Part shown: positions 18,783 through 28,451 of the stretch, one piece after another | How the letters are laid out: each line of letters begins with the position of its first letter | How positions within the stretch are numbered: position 1 is the stretch's first letter | Virus record (IMG/VR): IMGVR_UViG_3300042288_000046 | Span: 1 to 35,073 of that record | DNA length: 35,073 nucleotides | From: a virus | Taxonomy: Duplodnaviria; Caudoviricetes | Strand: one strand, 5' to 3' | Program-made: the position numbers and the translations under genes | The notes under the pieces: model-generated | Databases searched by the model: none | What the model saw: only the letters and a program-made list of their open reading frames with translations | What the model was told of the DNA's origin: nothing

Positions 18783-19675
18783 GTTCAACATTTAATGAAC
18801 TAGCAGACCGCGTTGAAGCGGTGCTGCATGGCTACACAGAAAATACTGAGCCAAGCACTTGGCTTACAACTAGCGCTACTAGCACAACTACAACGCTATC
18901 TGTGTACGATGCAACAGGCATTGGTCGTGGCTATGTACAGATTGACGATGAAATTGTATTCGTTAACAACACAGACAATGTAGCCAATACTCTTACCCTT
19001 GCACCTTGGGGTCGTGGACAGCGTGGTACTACCGCTGCAACACATGACCAAAACGCAAAGTTAATAGCCTCACCATTGTTCCCACGCAATGAGATTAAAA
19101 AGGCTATCAACAATACTATTGATGCTATGTACCCAATGGTATTTGCTACTGCTAGTACAGACTTTAAGTTTATTGCAGCACGAACCACATACCAGTTGCC
19201 AGCAGATTTCCAGAACGCACTTGGTGTTACCTACTCAACAGTAGGACCAACAAAAGAGTGGATGCCAGTTCGTGCTTACAACCTAGACCGCTCAGCAGAT
19301 ACAGATGCATTTACTTCTGCTCGTAGCATTAGCGTTTACGCAGGCATTGTGCCTGGACAGACAGTGCATGTATTCTATTCAAAGCGCCCAACACTTCTTG
19401 TCAATGGCAATGATGACTATGCTACAACAACAGGTTTGCCTTCATACTCAGAAGATGTAGTCATCTATGGCGCAGCCTTCCGTATGGTTTCATTCTTGGA
19501 CCCTTCACGCCTTGGTCCACAGTCTGCATCTGCAGACATCCTTGATGGTGTGCGACCAACAGGTTCTGGACAGAACGCTTCCAGATACTTGTACAGCATT
19601 TACCAGCAGCGTTTAAACGAAGTTGCGGACAACCAACGCCGTCAACACCCAATCCGTTCCCACTACCAGAGATAG
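18779..19675 (+). CDS. Putative head-tail adaptor / tail tubular protein A-like
   Basis: 298 aa; EIKKAINNTI...YQLPADF pattern, position between head and tail-fibre genes. Confidence 0.6.
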   Translation: MSSTFNELADRVEAVLHGYTENTEPSTWLTTSATSTTTTLSVYDATGIGRGYVQIDDEIVFVNNTDNVANTLTLAPWGRGQRGTTAATHDQNAKLIASPLFPRNEIKKAINNTIDAMYPMVFATASTDFKFIAARTTYQLPADFQNALGVTYSTVGPTKEWMPVRAYNLDRSADTDAFTSARSISVYAGIVPGQTVHVFYSKRPTLLVNGNDDYATTTGLPSYSEDVVIYGAAFRMVSFLDPSRLGPQSASADILDGVRPTGSGQNASRYLYSIYQQRLNEVADNQRRQHPIRSHYQR

Positions 19676-19683
19676 GTTAAAAA

Positions 19684-21510
19684 ATGGCAGCAGGCGACCC
19701 AGGCTCCCCAGCGCGGTACTACTCCTCGATTGCAGTAGAAACAGCGCTCTCAGGTTCCATTCCAGCACAGGCACAAGGCGCGGCAAACACCGCGTTCATT
19801 GTCGCATCTGTCTCTGGCTTTCCTTCATCATACCCATACACACTTATTGTTGACCCTGATACTTCTAAAGAAGAAGTAGTCACAGTAACTGCTGGTTCAG
19901 GTACAACACTTTCAGTAACCCGTGGTTCTGATAATACCCAAGGCGTAGCACACTCCGCAGGAGCAGTTGTCCGCCACGGTGTATCAGGTCGTGAGTTCCG
20001 TGAAGAACAAACTCACATTGCTGCCCGTGGTTTTGATATTGACCAAACAATCCTCGACCTTGCCAACCAGACACATGTGCATGGTATTGTCACAGGCGAA
20101 GGTGTCGTTGTTGGAACTCTCAAGGCACAGACACTTACACAAAAGACTCTTACTACACCTATTATTAACGGCGCTACAATTACAGGTACAGTCACTGCAA
20201 CAAGTGCAACCTTTACTAGCCCAACTATCTCAGGTTCACCAGTTATTACTGGTCTATCTAGCGCTGGCATGGTGGCATCATCTGCTACACCTAAGGATTA
20301 TGTAGACAGTATCCTTGGCTCAGCAACCTCTGCTGCAATTAGCGCAGCATCTGCTGCAGTCAGCGCAACCTCTGCTGCTACTAGCGCTACATCGTCAGCA
20401 AATAGCGCAACAGCATCTGCTTCATCTGCAAGCGCATCTGCAACTAGTGCATCTGCTGCTGCTACTTCTGCTACTTCGGCTGCAGCCTCTGCTACCGCAG
20501 CAGCCACAAGTGCTACTAGTGCTGCTGCCTCTGCTACTGCTGCTGCAACTAGCGCAACAAGTGCTGCTGCTTCTGCTACAACTGCTGCTGCTTCTGTAGC
20601 AACTATCGCAGGCTATGCAACATCTGCTGCTAACAGCGCAAGCGCTGCAGCAACCTCAGCAACTTCTGCTGCTGCATCAGCCACGGCTGCTGCCACATCA
20701 GCAACAAGTGCTGCAGCAAGTGCAACGGCTGCTGCAACAAGTGCAACAAGTGCAGACAGCGCAGCATCTATTGCTATTGCTCAAGCATCTAATGCGTCAG
20801 CATCAGCAACTGCAGCAGCAACATCTGCTACAAGTGCAGCCAACTCTGCTACAGCAGCAGCAACTTCTGCAACATCAGCAACAGCCAGCGCTACTGCTGC
20901 TGCTACAAGTGCTGCATCTGCATCTACCAGTGCAAGTTCTGCATTGACATCGGCTAATAGTGCTGCAACATCATACGATGAGTTTGATGACCGCTACCTA
21001 GGCTCTAAGACATCTGACCCTACAGTAGACAATGACGGTGGCGCTCTTATTACTGGAGCGCTTTACTTTAACTCAGTCATTAGTGCGATGAAGGTTTACG
21101 ATGGTGCAGCCTGGGACCTTGTAGCACCTGACACATCTAACTTTATTGATAAAACAATCCTTACCGCTAAAGGTTCTTTAATCTCTGCAAGTTCAGCATC
21201 AACACCTTCCGTACTAACCGCTGCTTCAACTAACGGATACATCCTTAGTGTTAACAGTGCAACAACTACAGGACTTGAATGGGTTGCTGCTAATCCTGGA
21301 GATATAACTGGAGTTACAGCAGGTACGGGATTATCTGGTGGAGGAACTTCTGGTGCAGTAACAGTAAGTCTTGACACATCAAGTGTTTATGTAGTGCCTG
21401 CACAAGCAGGGCAAGCAGGAAAATATTTAACAACAGATGGTTCAACTGCAAGTTGGGCTGTAGTAGATACAACATCAATAGAAATAAACTCCATAATGGG
21501 CGTTTACTAA
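19684..21510 (+). CDS. Tail fibre protein with Ala/Ser/Thr coiled-coil repeat
   Basis: SATSAAASATAAAT repeats; FDDRYLG...GALYFN...MKVYDG and GDITGVTAGTGLSGGGTSG fibre motifs. Confidence 0.8.
   Translation: MAAGDPGSPARYYSSIAVETALSGSIPAQAQGAANTAFIVASVSGFPSSYPYTLIVDPDTSKEEVVTVTAGSGTTLSVTRGSDNTQGVAHSAGAVVRHGVSGREFREEQTHIAARGFDIDQTILDLANQTHVHGIVTGEGVVVGTLKAQTLTQKTLTTPIINGATITGTVTATSATFTSPTISGSPVITGLSSAGMVASSATPKDYVDSILGSATSAAISAASAAVSATSAATSATSSANSATASASSASASATSASAAATSATSAAASATAAATSATSAAASATAAATSATSAAASATTAAASVATIAGYATSAANSASAAATSATSAAASATAAATSATSAAASATAAATSATSADSAASIAIAQASNASASATAAATSATSAANSATAAATSATSATASATAAATSAASASTSASSALTSANSAATSYDEFDDRYLGSKTSDPTVDNDGGALITGALYFNSVISAMKVYDGAAWDLVAPDTSNFIDKTILTAKGSLISASSASTPSVLTAASTNGYILSVNSATTTGLEWVAANPGDITGVTAGTGLSGGGTSGAVTVSLDTSSVYVVPAQAGQAGKYLTTDGSTASWAVVDTTSIEINSIMGVY
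20319..20970 (+). repeat. Degenerate 7/14-aa protein repeat within the tail fibre
   Basis: Repeating SATSAAA/SATAAAT units with diversified codons. Confidence 0.85.
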
Positions 21511-21529
21511 GCGAAAGGTACAGTAACTA

Positions 21530-21844
21530 ATGGCTGTAACATCCAAAACGCTGGCTAGAACATCAGCAGCGACAACAAGCACAACCCTATATACACAACC
21601 TAATACTTCAACGACTACGGTAGTTACTAATATTTTGGTGACTAATACTACTGCAAGCACTGCTAACTTTACATTAGATTTTGCTACTGTAACAGCGGCT
21701 ACTTCAGTATCTGTCGGTGCTTTTGACACTACGGTTATAGATTTAAAACAGGTAATCCCAGCAACTAACCCTGCTGCTACTATTACTGGCAGTGCTTCTA
21801 CCACTGGTATTAGATTTCACATTTCAGGAGTGGAGATTTCCTAA
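21530..21844 (+). CDS. Small beta-rich tail-fibre-associated protein
   Basis: 104 aa, Thr-rich, C-terminal FHISGVEI. Confidence 0.65.
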   Translation: MAVTSKTLARTSAATTSTTLYTQPNTSTTTVVTNILVTNTTASTANFTLDFATVTAATSVSVGAFDTTVIDLKQVIPATNPAATITGSASTTGIRFHISGVEIS

Positions 21845-22740
21845 TGACTCCAGTATTTAGTATGAAAAATGGAACCATCTCTGGTTCTTTTCTTAATGGC
21901 AATACTCGTTATGAGCCAAATCCTTTTGCAACTTCTAGCGGTGGTACGGATATAAGCACATCTACTGATTGGATTATGCAATTTAATTCAAGTGGTACCC
22001 TTCGTACTACTGGTACAAACAACATTACTTACCTAGTTGTAGGTGGTGGAGGTGCTGGTGGATGGTCAGGCATTTCTGGCGGTGGTGGTAGTGGAGAACT
22101 TAAAACTGGTACAGTCAATAGCGTTGCTGCTGGAAATTACACAGTTACTATTGGTAATGGTGGTGCTAACGCTACTGGCTCTTATGCTACTGGTACTACT
22201 GGTGGTGTTGGAGGTACAACAACTCTTGCCTTTACATCTTCAATCTCATCAGTAGGTGGTGGCGGTGGAGGCTCATACAATGTAAACATCAATGGTTCAA
22301 ATGGCGCTAGTGGTGGCGGTGGAGCAGGTGGTTATGGTTCTGGTGTAGGTACTGGAGGAACTGGTCAAGTTCACTATAACGGCGGTTCGGGTAGTTACTA
22401 CGCTAGTGGTGGTCAACAAGGTCAAGGCGGCGGCGGCGGCGGTGGTGGCGGTGCAGGTGGTGCAGGTGCTAATGTTGTTAAACAAAATTTAAACGCCCAA
22501 GGACTAGCAGGTGCTGGTGGTATCGGAGTTCAAAACGCTATTACTGGTACTCAAGTTTATTACGCAGGTGGCGGTGGTGGCTCTAGCGATAATGACGGAG
22601 CAGGCGGTCAAGGCGGTGGTGGAGCAGGTAGTGGCGCTCCACAAGCAAATAAAGGTGGCGGTGGCGGTGGAGAATACCGCAATACTCAAACAGGATATGG
22701 CGGTGGCTCTGGTGTTGTCATTGTTAAGACTCCGAAATAA
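21844..22740 (+). CDS. Glycine-rich tail fibre tip / receptor-binding protein
   Basis: YLVVGGGGAGG...GGGGSG...YYAGGGGG...GGSGVVIV polyglycine domain. Confidence 0.75.
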   Translation: MTPVFSMKNGTISGSFLNGNTRYEPNPFATSSGGTDISTSTDWIMQFNSSGTLRTTGTNNITYLVVGGGGAGGWSGISGGGGSGELKTGTVNSVAAGNYTVTIGNGGANATGSYATGTTGGVGGTTTLAFTSSISSVGGGGGGSYNVNINGSNGASGGGGAGGYGSGVGTGGTGQVHYNGGSGSYYASGGQQGQGGGGGGGGGAGGAGANVVKQNLNAQGLAGAGGIGVQNAITGTQVYYAGGGGGSSDNDGAGGQGGGGAGSGAPQANKGGGGGGEYRNTQTGYGGGSGVVIVKTPK

Positions 22741-22760
22741 GACCCTGAAAGGTTAATTAA

Positions 22761-23603
22761 ATGGCTACTTTTGTAAAAATAGACGACACTAATACTGTAA
22801 CAGATTGTATACTTATTGATGATTCTAACTGTTCTATTGATGGAGCAGTTAGTGAATCCGTTGGTAAAGAATTTATTGCTAGTCTTAATTTAGATGGCAA
22901 ATGGATATTATCTGCACCTGGTGTAAGAAACAAAACAGCATCTCCAGGAGATAAATATAATCCAGATAAAGATATATTTGTTATAGATGAATCTATATTT
23001 AATACAAATTTTATCACCCCTTGGCAAACAATACTTCAACCAACCAGTCCATCTATTATGATAGATGCACCAGTACGCTCTGCAAATCAGTTTACTGCAC
23101 ACGCTGTACATCATTTATTTCCAGAGGCTTTTCAAAGATGGGGATATTTGTACCAACACAACCCTAATACTTTTAAAGAAACAGTTGGATTATTTGATGT
23201 AGTTATGACTGTAGTTCGTAATCCATTAGATAGTGTTGCTTCACATATTTATGCTGGAAAGTATGAAACTGGTGCTGAAATTGACAAAGCATTTAATGAG
23301 AATAAAAAGTTTCTTGATGCTATACTTGAAGCAAAAAACAACATAGAAATATTTACTTTTGAGGAAGTAACTCAGACTCCTGAAATCTTAGGTACTAGAC
23401 TATCTCAGTTACTTGGGGTTGAAGCAGTGCCTTATGACCATGAAGCAGTCTTGGCTGAAATATCTAAGTTACCAAAAATAGATTATTATGCTATGCCAGT
23501 TAACAACTCAGCAGAACTAGAACAAATTAAATCTGATTTAAATGCAAGGTATGCAGAGAAAATCAATGAGTCCATGGTAACATATAACGCTATATTAGCC
23601 TGA
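22761..23603 (+). CDS. Tail-fibre-associated N-terminal domain fused to a sulfotransferase-like domain
   Basis: DAPVRSANQF resembles the 5'-PSB loop (PRSGxxF); VVRNPLDSVAS matches the 3'-PB motif RNPxD...S. Confidence 0.6.
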   Translation: MATFVKIDDTNTVTDCILIDDSNCSIDGAVSESVGKEFIASLNLDGKWILSAPGVRNKTASPGDKYNPDKDIFVIDESIFNTNFITPWQTILQPTSPSIMIDAPVRSANQFTAHAVHHLFPEAFQRWGYLYQHNPNTFKETVGLFDVVMTVVRNPLDSVASHIYAGKYETGAEIDKAFNENKKFLDAILEAKNNIEIFTFEEVTQTPEILGTRLSQLLGVEAVPYDHEAVLAEISKLPKIDYYAMPVNNSAELEQIKSDLNARYAEKINESMVTYNAILA

Positions 23604-23620
23604 TATGTTAAGGGGACAAG

Positions 23621-24328
23621 ATGAAAGAAATAAAGTTCTTTCCAGTAAAAAAGGAAGTTGAACTTGGGGGCAGCGCTCCAAAGCCTGCCCTTAAGTTCAT
23701 ACCTGAGTGGTATAAAAATATACCTATATATACTGATAACGAAAAAAAATTAAGTATGAAAGAAGATGCTCAAATGCATAATCATACTTTAAAAAAATGT
23801 GTTCCCTTTTTAGATGCAATGACTTCTGGATATGTATTCACACTTGATGATGATATATATGTTGAGCAAGTTAATAACGAACCATACATCAGATGGAAGT
23901 CTGAGGTAGAAATTATTACTTGGCACTCCCTCAATCAATTTCCAGGATTTTCTATACCCGATGATTATCATTATATGGTTGCTAAGTTTCACAACGATTG
24001 GAAAATAACAACACCAAAAGGTTACAGCCTTTTTTGCACACACCCGTCCAATAGATTTGATTTACCATTTAGAACTATTAGCGGTTTTGTGGATACTGAT
24101 ACTTACAGTCAGCCAATACAATTTCCTTTTATTCTTAAAAAAGGTTTTGAAGGAATAATAGAAGCAGGCACTCCAGTTGCTCAACTAATTCCAATTAAAA
24201 GAGATGACTGGAAATCAATTCAAGAACCATATAATGCAGATGTTGCTTACAAAAACTTTAGAGCGTTTAGAAGAACTTTTGCAAATTCATATCGCAAAAA
24301 CTTTTGGCAGAAAAAGAAGTATCAATAA
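23621..24328 (+). CDS. Conserved phage hypothetical protein (DUF6065/dUTPase-fold-like)
   Basis: CVPFLDAMTSGY, TPKGYS...HPSNRFDLPF...GFVDTD, IEAGTPVAQLIPIKR. Confidence 0.6.
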   Translation: MKEIKFFPVKKEVELGGSAPKPALKFIPEWYKNIPIYTDNEKKLSMKEDAQMHNHTLKKCVPFLDAMTSGYVFTLDDDIYVEQVNNEPYIRWKSEVEIITWHSLNQFPGFSIPDDYHYMVAKFHNDWKITTPKGYSLFCTHPSNRFDLPFRTISGFVDTDTYSQPIQFPFILKKGFEGIIEAGTPVAQLIPIKRDDWKSIQEPYNADVAYKNFRAFRRTFANSYRKNFWQKKKYQ

Positions 24329-24329
24329 A

Positions 24330-25076
24330 ATGATTATTCAAATTATCGGTTTACCTGGCAGTGGTAAGACAACACTTGCCACTGCTCTGGCTGACCGCAT
24401 CAATGCTGTACATTTAAACGCTGATTATGTACGGGCAACCATTAACTCTGACTTAGGCTTTGCGCCAGAGGATAGAGTTGAACACGCCCGCCGTCTTGGT
24501 GAGATGGCTAAGATGCTATCTAGCCAAGGCTTAGATGTTGTTGTTGACTTCATCTGCCCTACCGCTGCTACTCGTGCAGCCTTCGGTAAGCCTGACATCT
24601 GTATCTGGATGGACACTCTTGCCGAGGGTCGCTTTGAAGATACAAACAAACTGTGGGAAAAGCCTACTGAGTTTGACTATCATTTTGTGTCTTACGACAG
24701 TAAAGGTCAAACAGATTTAATCATTGCTCAGTCTGGTCTGCATGACTGGAAGGCACCTACAACCCTATTGCTTGGTCGGTATCAACCATGGCATGAGGGA
24801 CACCACGCACTATTGGAGAAAGCACATGAGCGTACAGCACAGGTTGTTATTGGCGTTAGGGATACTCACGGCACTAGCGAGAAAGACCCTCTCCCTTATC
24901 AAGAAGTTGCCAATCGGATACGAGCCGAAGAACGGTCATCTTTCGTTGTAAAGTTTCCTAACATTACGAACATAGTTTATGGGCGTGATGTTGGCTACAA
25001 GATTGAGCAAGTTGATTTAGGTGCAGACATACATGCAATCTCAGCAACACAGAAAAGAAAAGAACTTGGCTTGTGA
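24330..25076 (+). CDS. cysC: Adenylyl-sulfate kinase-like domain fused to an HxGH nucleotidyltransferase
   Basis: P-loop GLPGSGKTT; LNADYVRATINSDLGFAPEDRVEHARR and DFICP resemble CysC; C-terminal GRYQPWHEGH...ISATQKR; ATG 24330. Confidence 0.75.
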   Translation: MIIQIIGLPGSGKTTLATALADRINAVHLNADYVRATINSDLGFAPEDRVEHARRLGEMAKMLSSQGLDVVVDFICPTAATRAAFGKPDICIWMDTLAEGRFEDTNKLWEKPTEFDYHFVSYDSKGQTDLIIAQSGLHDWKAPTTLLLGRYQPWHEGHHALLEKAHERTAQVVIGVRDTHGTSEKDPLPYQEVANRIRAEERSSFVVKFPNITNIVYGRDVGYKIEQVDLGADIHAISATQKRKELGL

Positions 25077-25282
25077 AAGTAAGCAAGTCCCGTTCATTTA
25101 CTAAATCACTCAGTTATAGAATCTTTGGAACACTTAGTTCTTTTGCTGTTGTATTTGTTATTACTGGCGAAGGAACTCTTTCTGCGCTGATTGCGCTTTG
25201 GGAAACAGTAGTCAAGATTGGTATCTATTACTGGCATGAAAGAATCTGGGACAAAATATCCTGGGGTAGAAAATCTAATTAA
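25073..25282 (+). CDS. DUF2061-like small membrane protein
   Basis: RSFTKSLSYRIFGT...KIGIYYWHERIWDKISWG. Confidence 0.8.
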   Translation: MKVSKSRSFTKSLSYRIFGTLSSFAVVFVITGEGTLSALIALWETVVKIGIYYWHERIWDKISWGRKSN

Positions 25283-25291
25283 GGAGACATA

Positions 25292-27256
25292 GTGGCAAGT
25301 CGCCCACCTGATATATCCGAGCGCGTGATAATTGACCTGTCTGGTCGAACATCCGCCTACTATGACCCAACCACATACAAGTTTGATGTTGCTATCGGTG
25401 GCATGCCGTTTATCTATGGCATCACAGATGCAACACCATACCGCCGTCAGACTGCAGAGTTTAGAACTCAGCGCTTTGACAATGCCCGTGACCCAGGTGA
25501 GCAATCACTGTCAGGCTCAGGCTATTGGATTCGTTCACAGTCATCCTTCCACTTAGGTGGAGGCATCACATACCAAGAGCCTATCGTTGGCACGCCTGAT
25601 GAGGTTAAGTTTCAGTTCTCTGACTCAGTAGGCGTAGACCCATGGACTCCAGGACAGTTGAGCCTGCTCCACTCTACAAGCCTTACACAGGCTTCTACTG
25701 CCCGCTCTGGTGTTTTCTCTACCATTATCAGTGGCGTTGAGTACCTAGTTAAAGTCACTGGTTCAGCAGCCGTTACAGCCCGTGTAACAACCACTACTAC
25801 TGCTGGTACAACAGCAACAATTATTAACAACACAGCCATTAATGAAGAAATTCTTTATGCTGCAATGGGTGGTAATGACTTAATGATGGTCACACCTACT
25901 AAGGTATGGCGTTACTCATTCGATGCCGTTAGCCCTGCCTTACATCAGGACTACGCGATTAACACAGCCAATGCTACCTCTGCTTTTATCTCTTATGTCA
26001 AGCAACGCTTTATGTTGGGCTTTACTGATACAGCAAAGAATACATTTGTCTATGAGTTGGTACGCAACACAGGTTCAAGTATCAATATCAGTACACTTAC
26101 CGCTGTTAATGGTAGCGCTACCTTACCTATTGGATTTAGATTCATGGGTATTACAGAGTCAAGTGCTGCTATCTATGTCGGTGGATTCTCAGGTGATGAA
26201 GGTGTCGCCCTTAAGATTTCAGTAGATAACACTGGTGCACTAAGCACTATGACTACAGTACTTGTGCTACCACGAGGCGAACGCCTTACTGCTTTGTATG
26301 GATACCTTGGTACCTTTGTAGCCATTGGTACTAGCCAAGGCGTGCGGATTGCAATCTCAGATGCTACTGGCAACCTATCTTATGGTCCGCTTGTGTACGA
26401 ATCAGCCTACGATGTCTATGCATTTACAGCCAGAAACGAATACATCTGGGCTGGTGTAAAAAGTGAAGTAGATAGTTACTCAGGACTTATCCGTATTAAC
26501 CTTGGCTCACCATTAGGTAGCGGCAAGTATGCGTACGCTAAAGATATTTATGCATCAGGTACTACTGGCTACATCTGGTCTATTGCTACATTTGCCAACG
26601 GACACAAAGCATTTACAGTTGAGGACTCTGGATTATGGCGTGAGTCGCAGACAGATTATGTTGAGTCAGGTGAGATAACTACTGGCGTTATTCGCTTTGA
26701 TACTTTCGAGAACAAGGCATGGAAGCGTATTAAATTGCGCCTTGAAGGAACACTACAAGGTGACATAGATATGTTTCGTGTTATTGATGGTACAGACATA
26801 GCATTTCAGACAGTGCCAGAAGGTACTACCGCTATCTATGACTATGACTTAGCACCTGTCTTTAATGATGTTACAGCCGAAGCACAGTTCAAGTTCCGTT
26901 TAAACAGAAACAATACAGACCCAACTAAGGGTGCTGTTATCTATGGATACTCAGTCAAGGCTTTGCCTACACCTACTCGTGCTCGAGTACTACAGATTCC
27001 ATTGTTCTGCTTTGACCAAGAGACTGACCGCAATAAACAAATCATTGGTTATCAAGGCTATGCACTTGCTCGCTTGCAAGCGCTAGAACAAATGGAAGCA
27101 TTGGGCGAAACGCTCATCATCCAAGACTTTACTGCTGGTGGAGAACCTATCGAAGCAGTGGTTGAGCAGGTTACATTTACCCGCACAACACCACCTAACG
27201 GAAACTTCTCTGGTTATGGTGGAGTAATTCAAGTAGTTGCTCGTACTGTCGTCTAA
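25292..27256 (+). CDS. Putative tail nozzle / tail tubular protein B-like structural protein
   Basis: 654 aa, beta-rich (propeller-like); SD AAGGAG; last structural gene before lysis. Confidence 0.55.
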   Translation: MASRPPDISERVIIDLSGRTSAYYDPTTYKFDVAIGGMPFIYGITDATPYRRQTAEFRTQRFDNARDPGEQSLSGSGYWIRSQSSFHLGGGITYQEPIVGTPDEVKFQFSDSVGVDPWTPGQLSLLHSTSLTQASTARSGVFSTIISGVEYLVKVTGSAAVTARVTTTTTAGTTATIINNTAINEEILYAAMGGNDLMMVTPTKVWRYSFDAVSPALHQDYAINTANATSAFISYVKQRFMLGFTDTAKNTFVYELVRNTGSSINISTLTAVNGSATLPIGFRFMGITESSAAIYVGGFSGDEGVALKISVDNTGALSTMTTVLVLPRGERLTALYGYLGTFVAIGTSQGVRIAISDATGNLSYGPLVYESAYDVYAFTARNEYIWAGVKSEVDSYSGLIRINLGSPLGSGKYAYAKDIYASGTTGYIWSIATFANGHKAFTVEDSGLWRESQTDYVESGEITTGVIRFDTFENKAWKRIKLRLEGTLQGDIDMFRVIDGTDIAFQTVPEGTTAIYDYDLAPVFNDVTAEAQFKFRLNRNNTDPTKGAVIYGYSVKALPTPTRARVLQIPLFCFDQETDRNKQIIGYQGYALARLQALEQMEALGETLIIQDFTAGGEPIEAVVEQVTFTRTTPPNGNFSGYGGVIQVVARTVV

Positions 27257-27272
27257 TACATAAGGAAAATAA

Positions 27273-27476
27273 ATGACTCCTGCTCAGTGGCTAGGTTTAG
27301 CCATATCCGTTTGTACCCTCGTTGCTGCATTTGCTACAGCAGTTCGCTGGTTAGTAAAACATTACCTGTATGAACTTAAGCCTAACTCTGGCTCAAGTAT
27401 GCGTGATGAGATTACAGGTCTTAAGCACGAAGTTGCAATCATTAAAGACCTAGTTCTTGAGTTAGTAAAGAAATGA
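27273..27476 (+). CDS. Small membrane protein (lysis-associated)
   Basis: One N-terminal TM helix, then ELKPNSGSSMRD and a short coiled coil. Confidence 0.65.
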   Translation: MTPAQWLGLAISVCTLVAAFATAVRWLVKHYLYELKPNSGSSMRDEITGLKHEVAIIKDLVLELVKK

Positions 27477-27482
27477 GTAACG

Positions 27483-27983
27483 ATGAAATCTGTTGCCAAG
27501 AAAGCCACACCTGCCGCAGTTGCAGTCCTACGCCAAGCCACAGCGATAGCACCATTGCGTATGAAAGCCAGCGATGGGCTTCTCCCATCGAACGCTCATC
27601 TCAAGCAGAGTCCAGTCAGCGACCATAACACTGGTCTTGCTGTTGACTTAACGCACGACCCTAAGAACGGTATTGATTGTGAAGAAATATTTGAGAAACT
27701 TAAAGAGGATAAGCGTGTCAAGTATCTTATCTTCAAAGGAAAAATCTGGTCCAGAGAAAAGTCAAAGTTGGGAAACAGACGGTACACTGGGAGTAATCCT
27801 CATAACAGGCATCTACATATTTCTATTGAGTCCGCTATGGCTACCGATACTTCTCCGTGGTTTTGGTGGATGAATCAACCTAAGATTGTTAATCAAGTTA
27901 TCGCAAAGGTAACACCAGTGCCTGCTAAGAAGGCATACAAGACAGAGGTTTGTACCTGTTGCAAATTGCACGGTGCAAAATAA
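27483..27983 (+). CDS. Endolysin-like Zn peptidase (M15 / Hedgehog-DD-peptidase fold)
   Basis: SDHNTGLAVD (H-x6-D) and HNRHLHISI motifs; flanked by membrane proteins. Confidence 0.7.
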   Translation: MKSVAKKATPAAVAVLRQATAIAPLRMKASDGLLPSNAHLKQSPVSDHNTGLAVDLTHDPKNGIDCEEIFEKLKEDKRVKYLIFKGKIWSREKSKLGNRRYTGSNPHNRHLHISIESAMATDTSPWFWWMNQPKIVNQVIAKVTPVPAKKAYKTEVCTCCKLHGAK

Positions 27984-27997
27984 ACGAGGAGGAAACA

Positions 27998-28183
27998 ATG
28001 GAACAATTTAAGCAACTCGGACTGACATGGTTCCGTGCTGCGGCATCTGCTGCGATTGCACTTTACCTTGCTGGCGAGACGGACCTTAAGACCCTTGCTG
28101 CTGCAGCCCTTGCAGGCTTTGCAGGTCCACTACTCAAGTGGCTTGACCCATCAGCAACTGAGTACGGTCGCGGCTCAAAGTAA
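27998..28183 (+). CDS. Holin-like protein
   Basis: 61 aa, two hydrophobic segments, LLKWLDP...YGRG ending; SD GAGGAGG. Confidence 0.7.
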   Translation: MEQFKQLGLTWFRAAASAAIALYLAGETDLKTLAAAALAGFAGPLLKWLDPSATEYGRGSK

Positions 28184-28194
28184 TCGTTTAAACA

Positions 28195-28238
28195 AAAGAA
28201 CCCCCGCCTTAGAGAAATCTAAGAGCGGGGGCTTTTTT
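28195..28238. terminator. Bidirectional intrinsic terminator
   Basis: A-tract, CCCCCGC-CTTAGA-GAAA-TCTAAG-A-GCGGGGG, then T-tract; between convergent genes. Confidence 0.85.
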
Positions 28239-28274
28239 GCTTTTCCTTGACCACTTCCCCAATAGCCAAGAAAC

Positions 28275-28451
28275 TTAACCGCCAGTCTTGTAGAACCCTG
28301 GACCTCTAAAGTGTACCGCAGGTGGTGTGAATACGCGCCTCATCTCACCCTCACATAGGCTACATGTTGGCACATTGCTTGACTCTTTAACTGATAGATG
28401 CAGTTCCTGCACTACATTGCAGGCGTTACATTGGAAGTCATACTGTGGCAT
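28275..28451 (-). CDS. FmdB-family zinc ribbon protein
   Basis: MPQYDFQCNAC...CSLCEGEMRRVF...FRGPGFYKT. Confidence 0.85.
   Translation of the reverse strand: MPQYDFQCNACNVVQELHLSVKESSNVPTCSLCEGEMRRVFTPPAVHFRGPGFYKTGG

Noticed and set aside
21844-22740. Collagen-like repeat or DGR target in the Gly-rich gene
   Set aside because: Gly runs are not Gly-X-Y periodic; no reverse transcriptase or TR/VR pair seen
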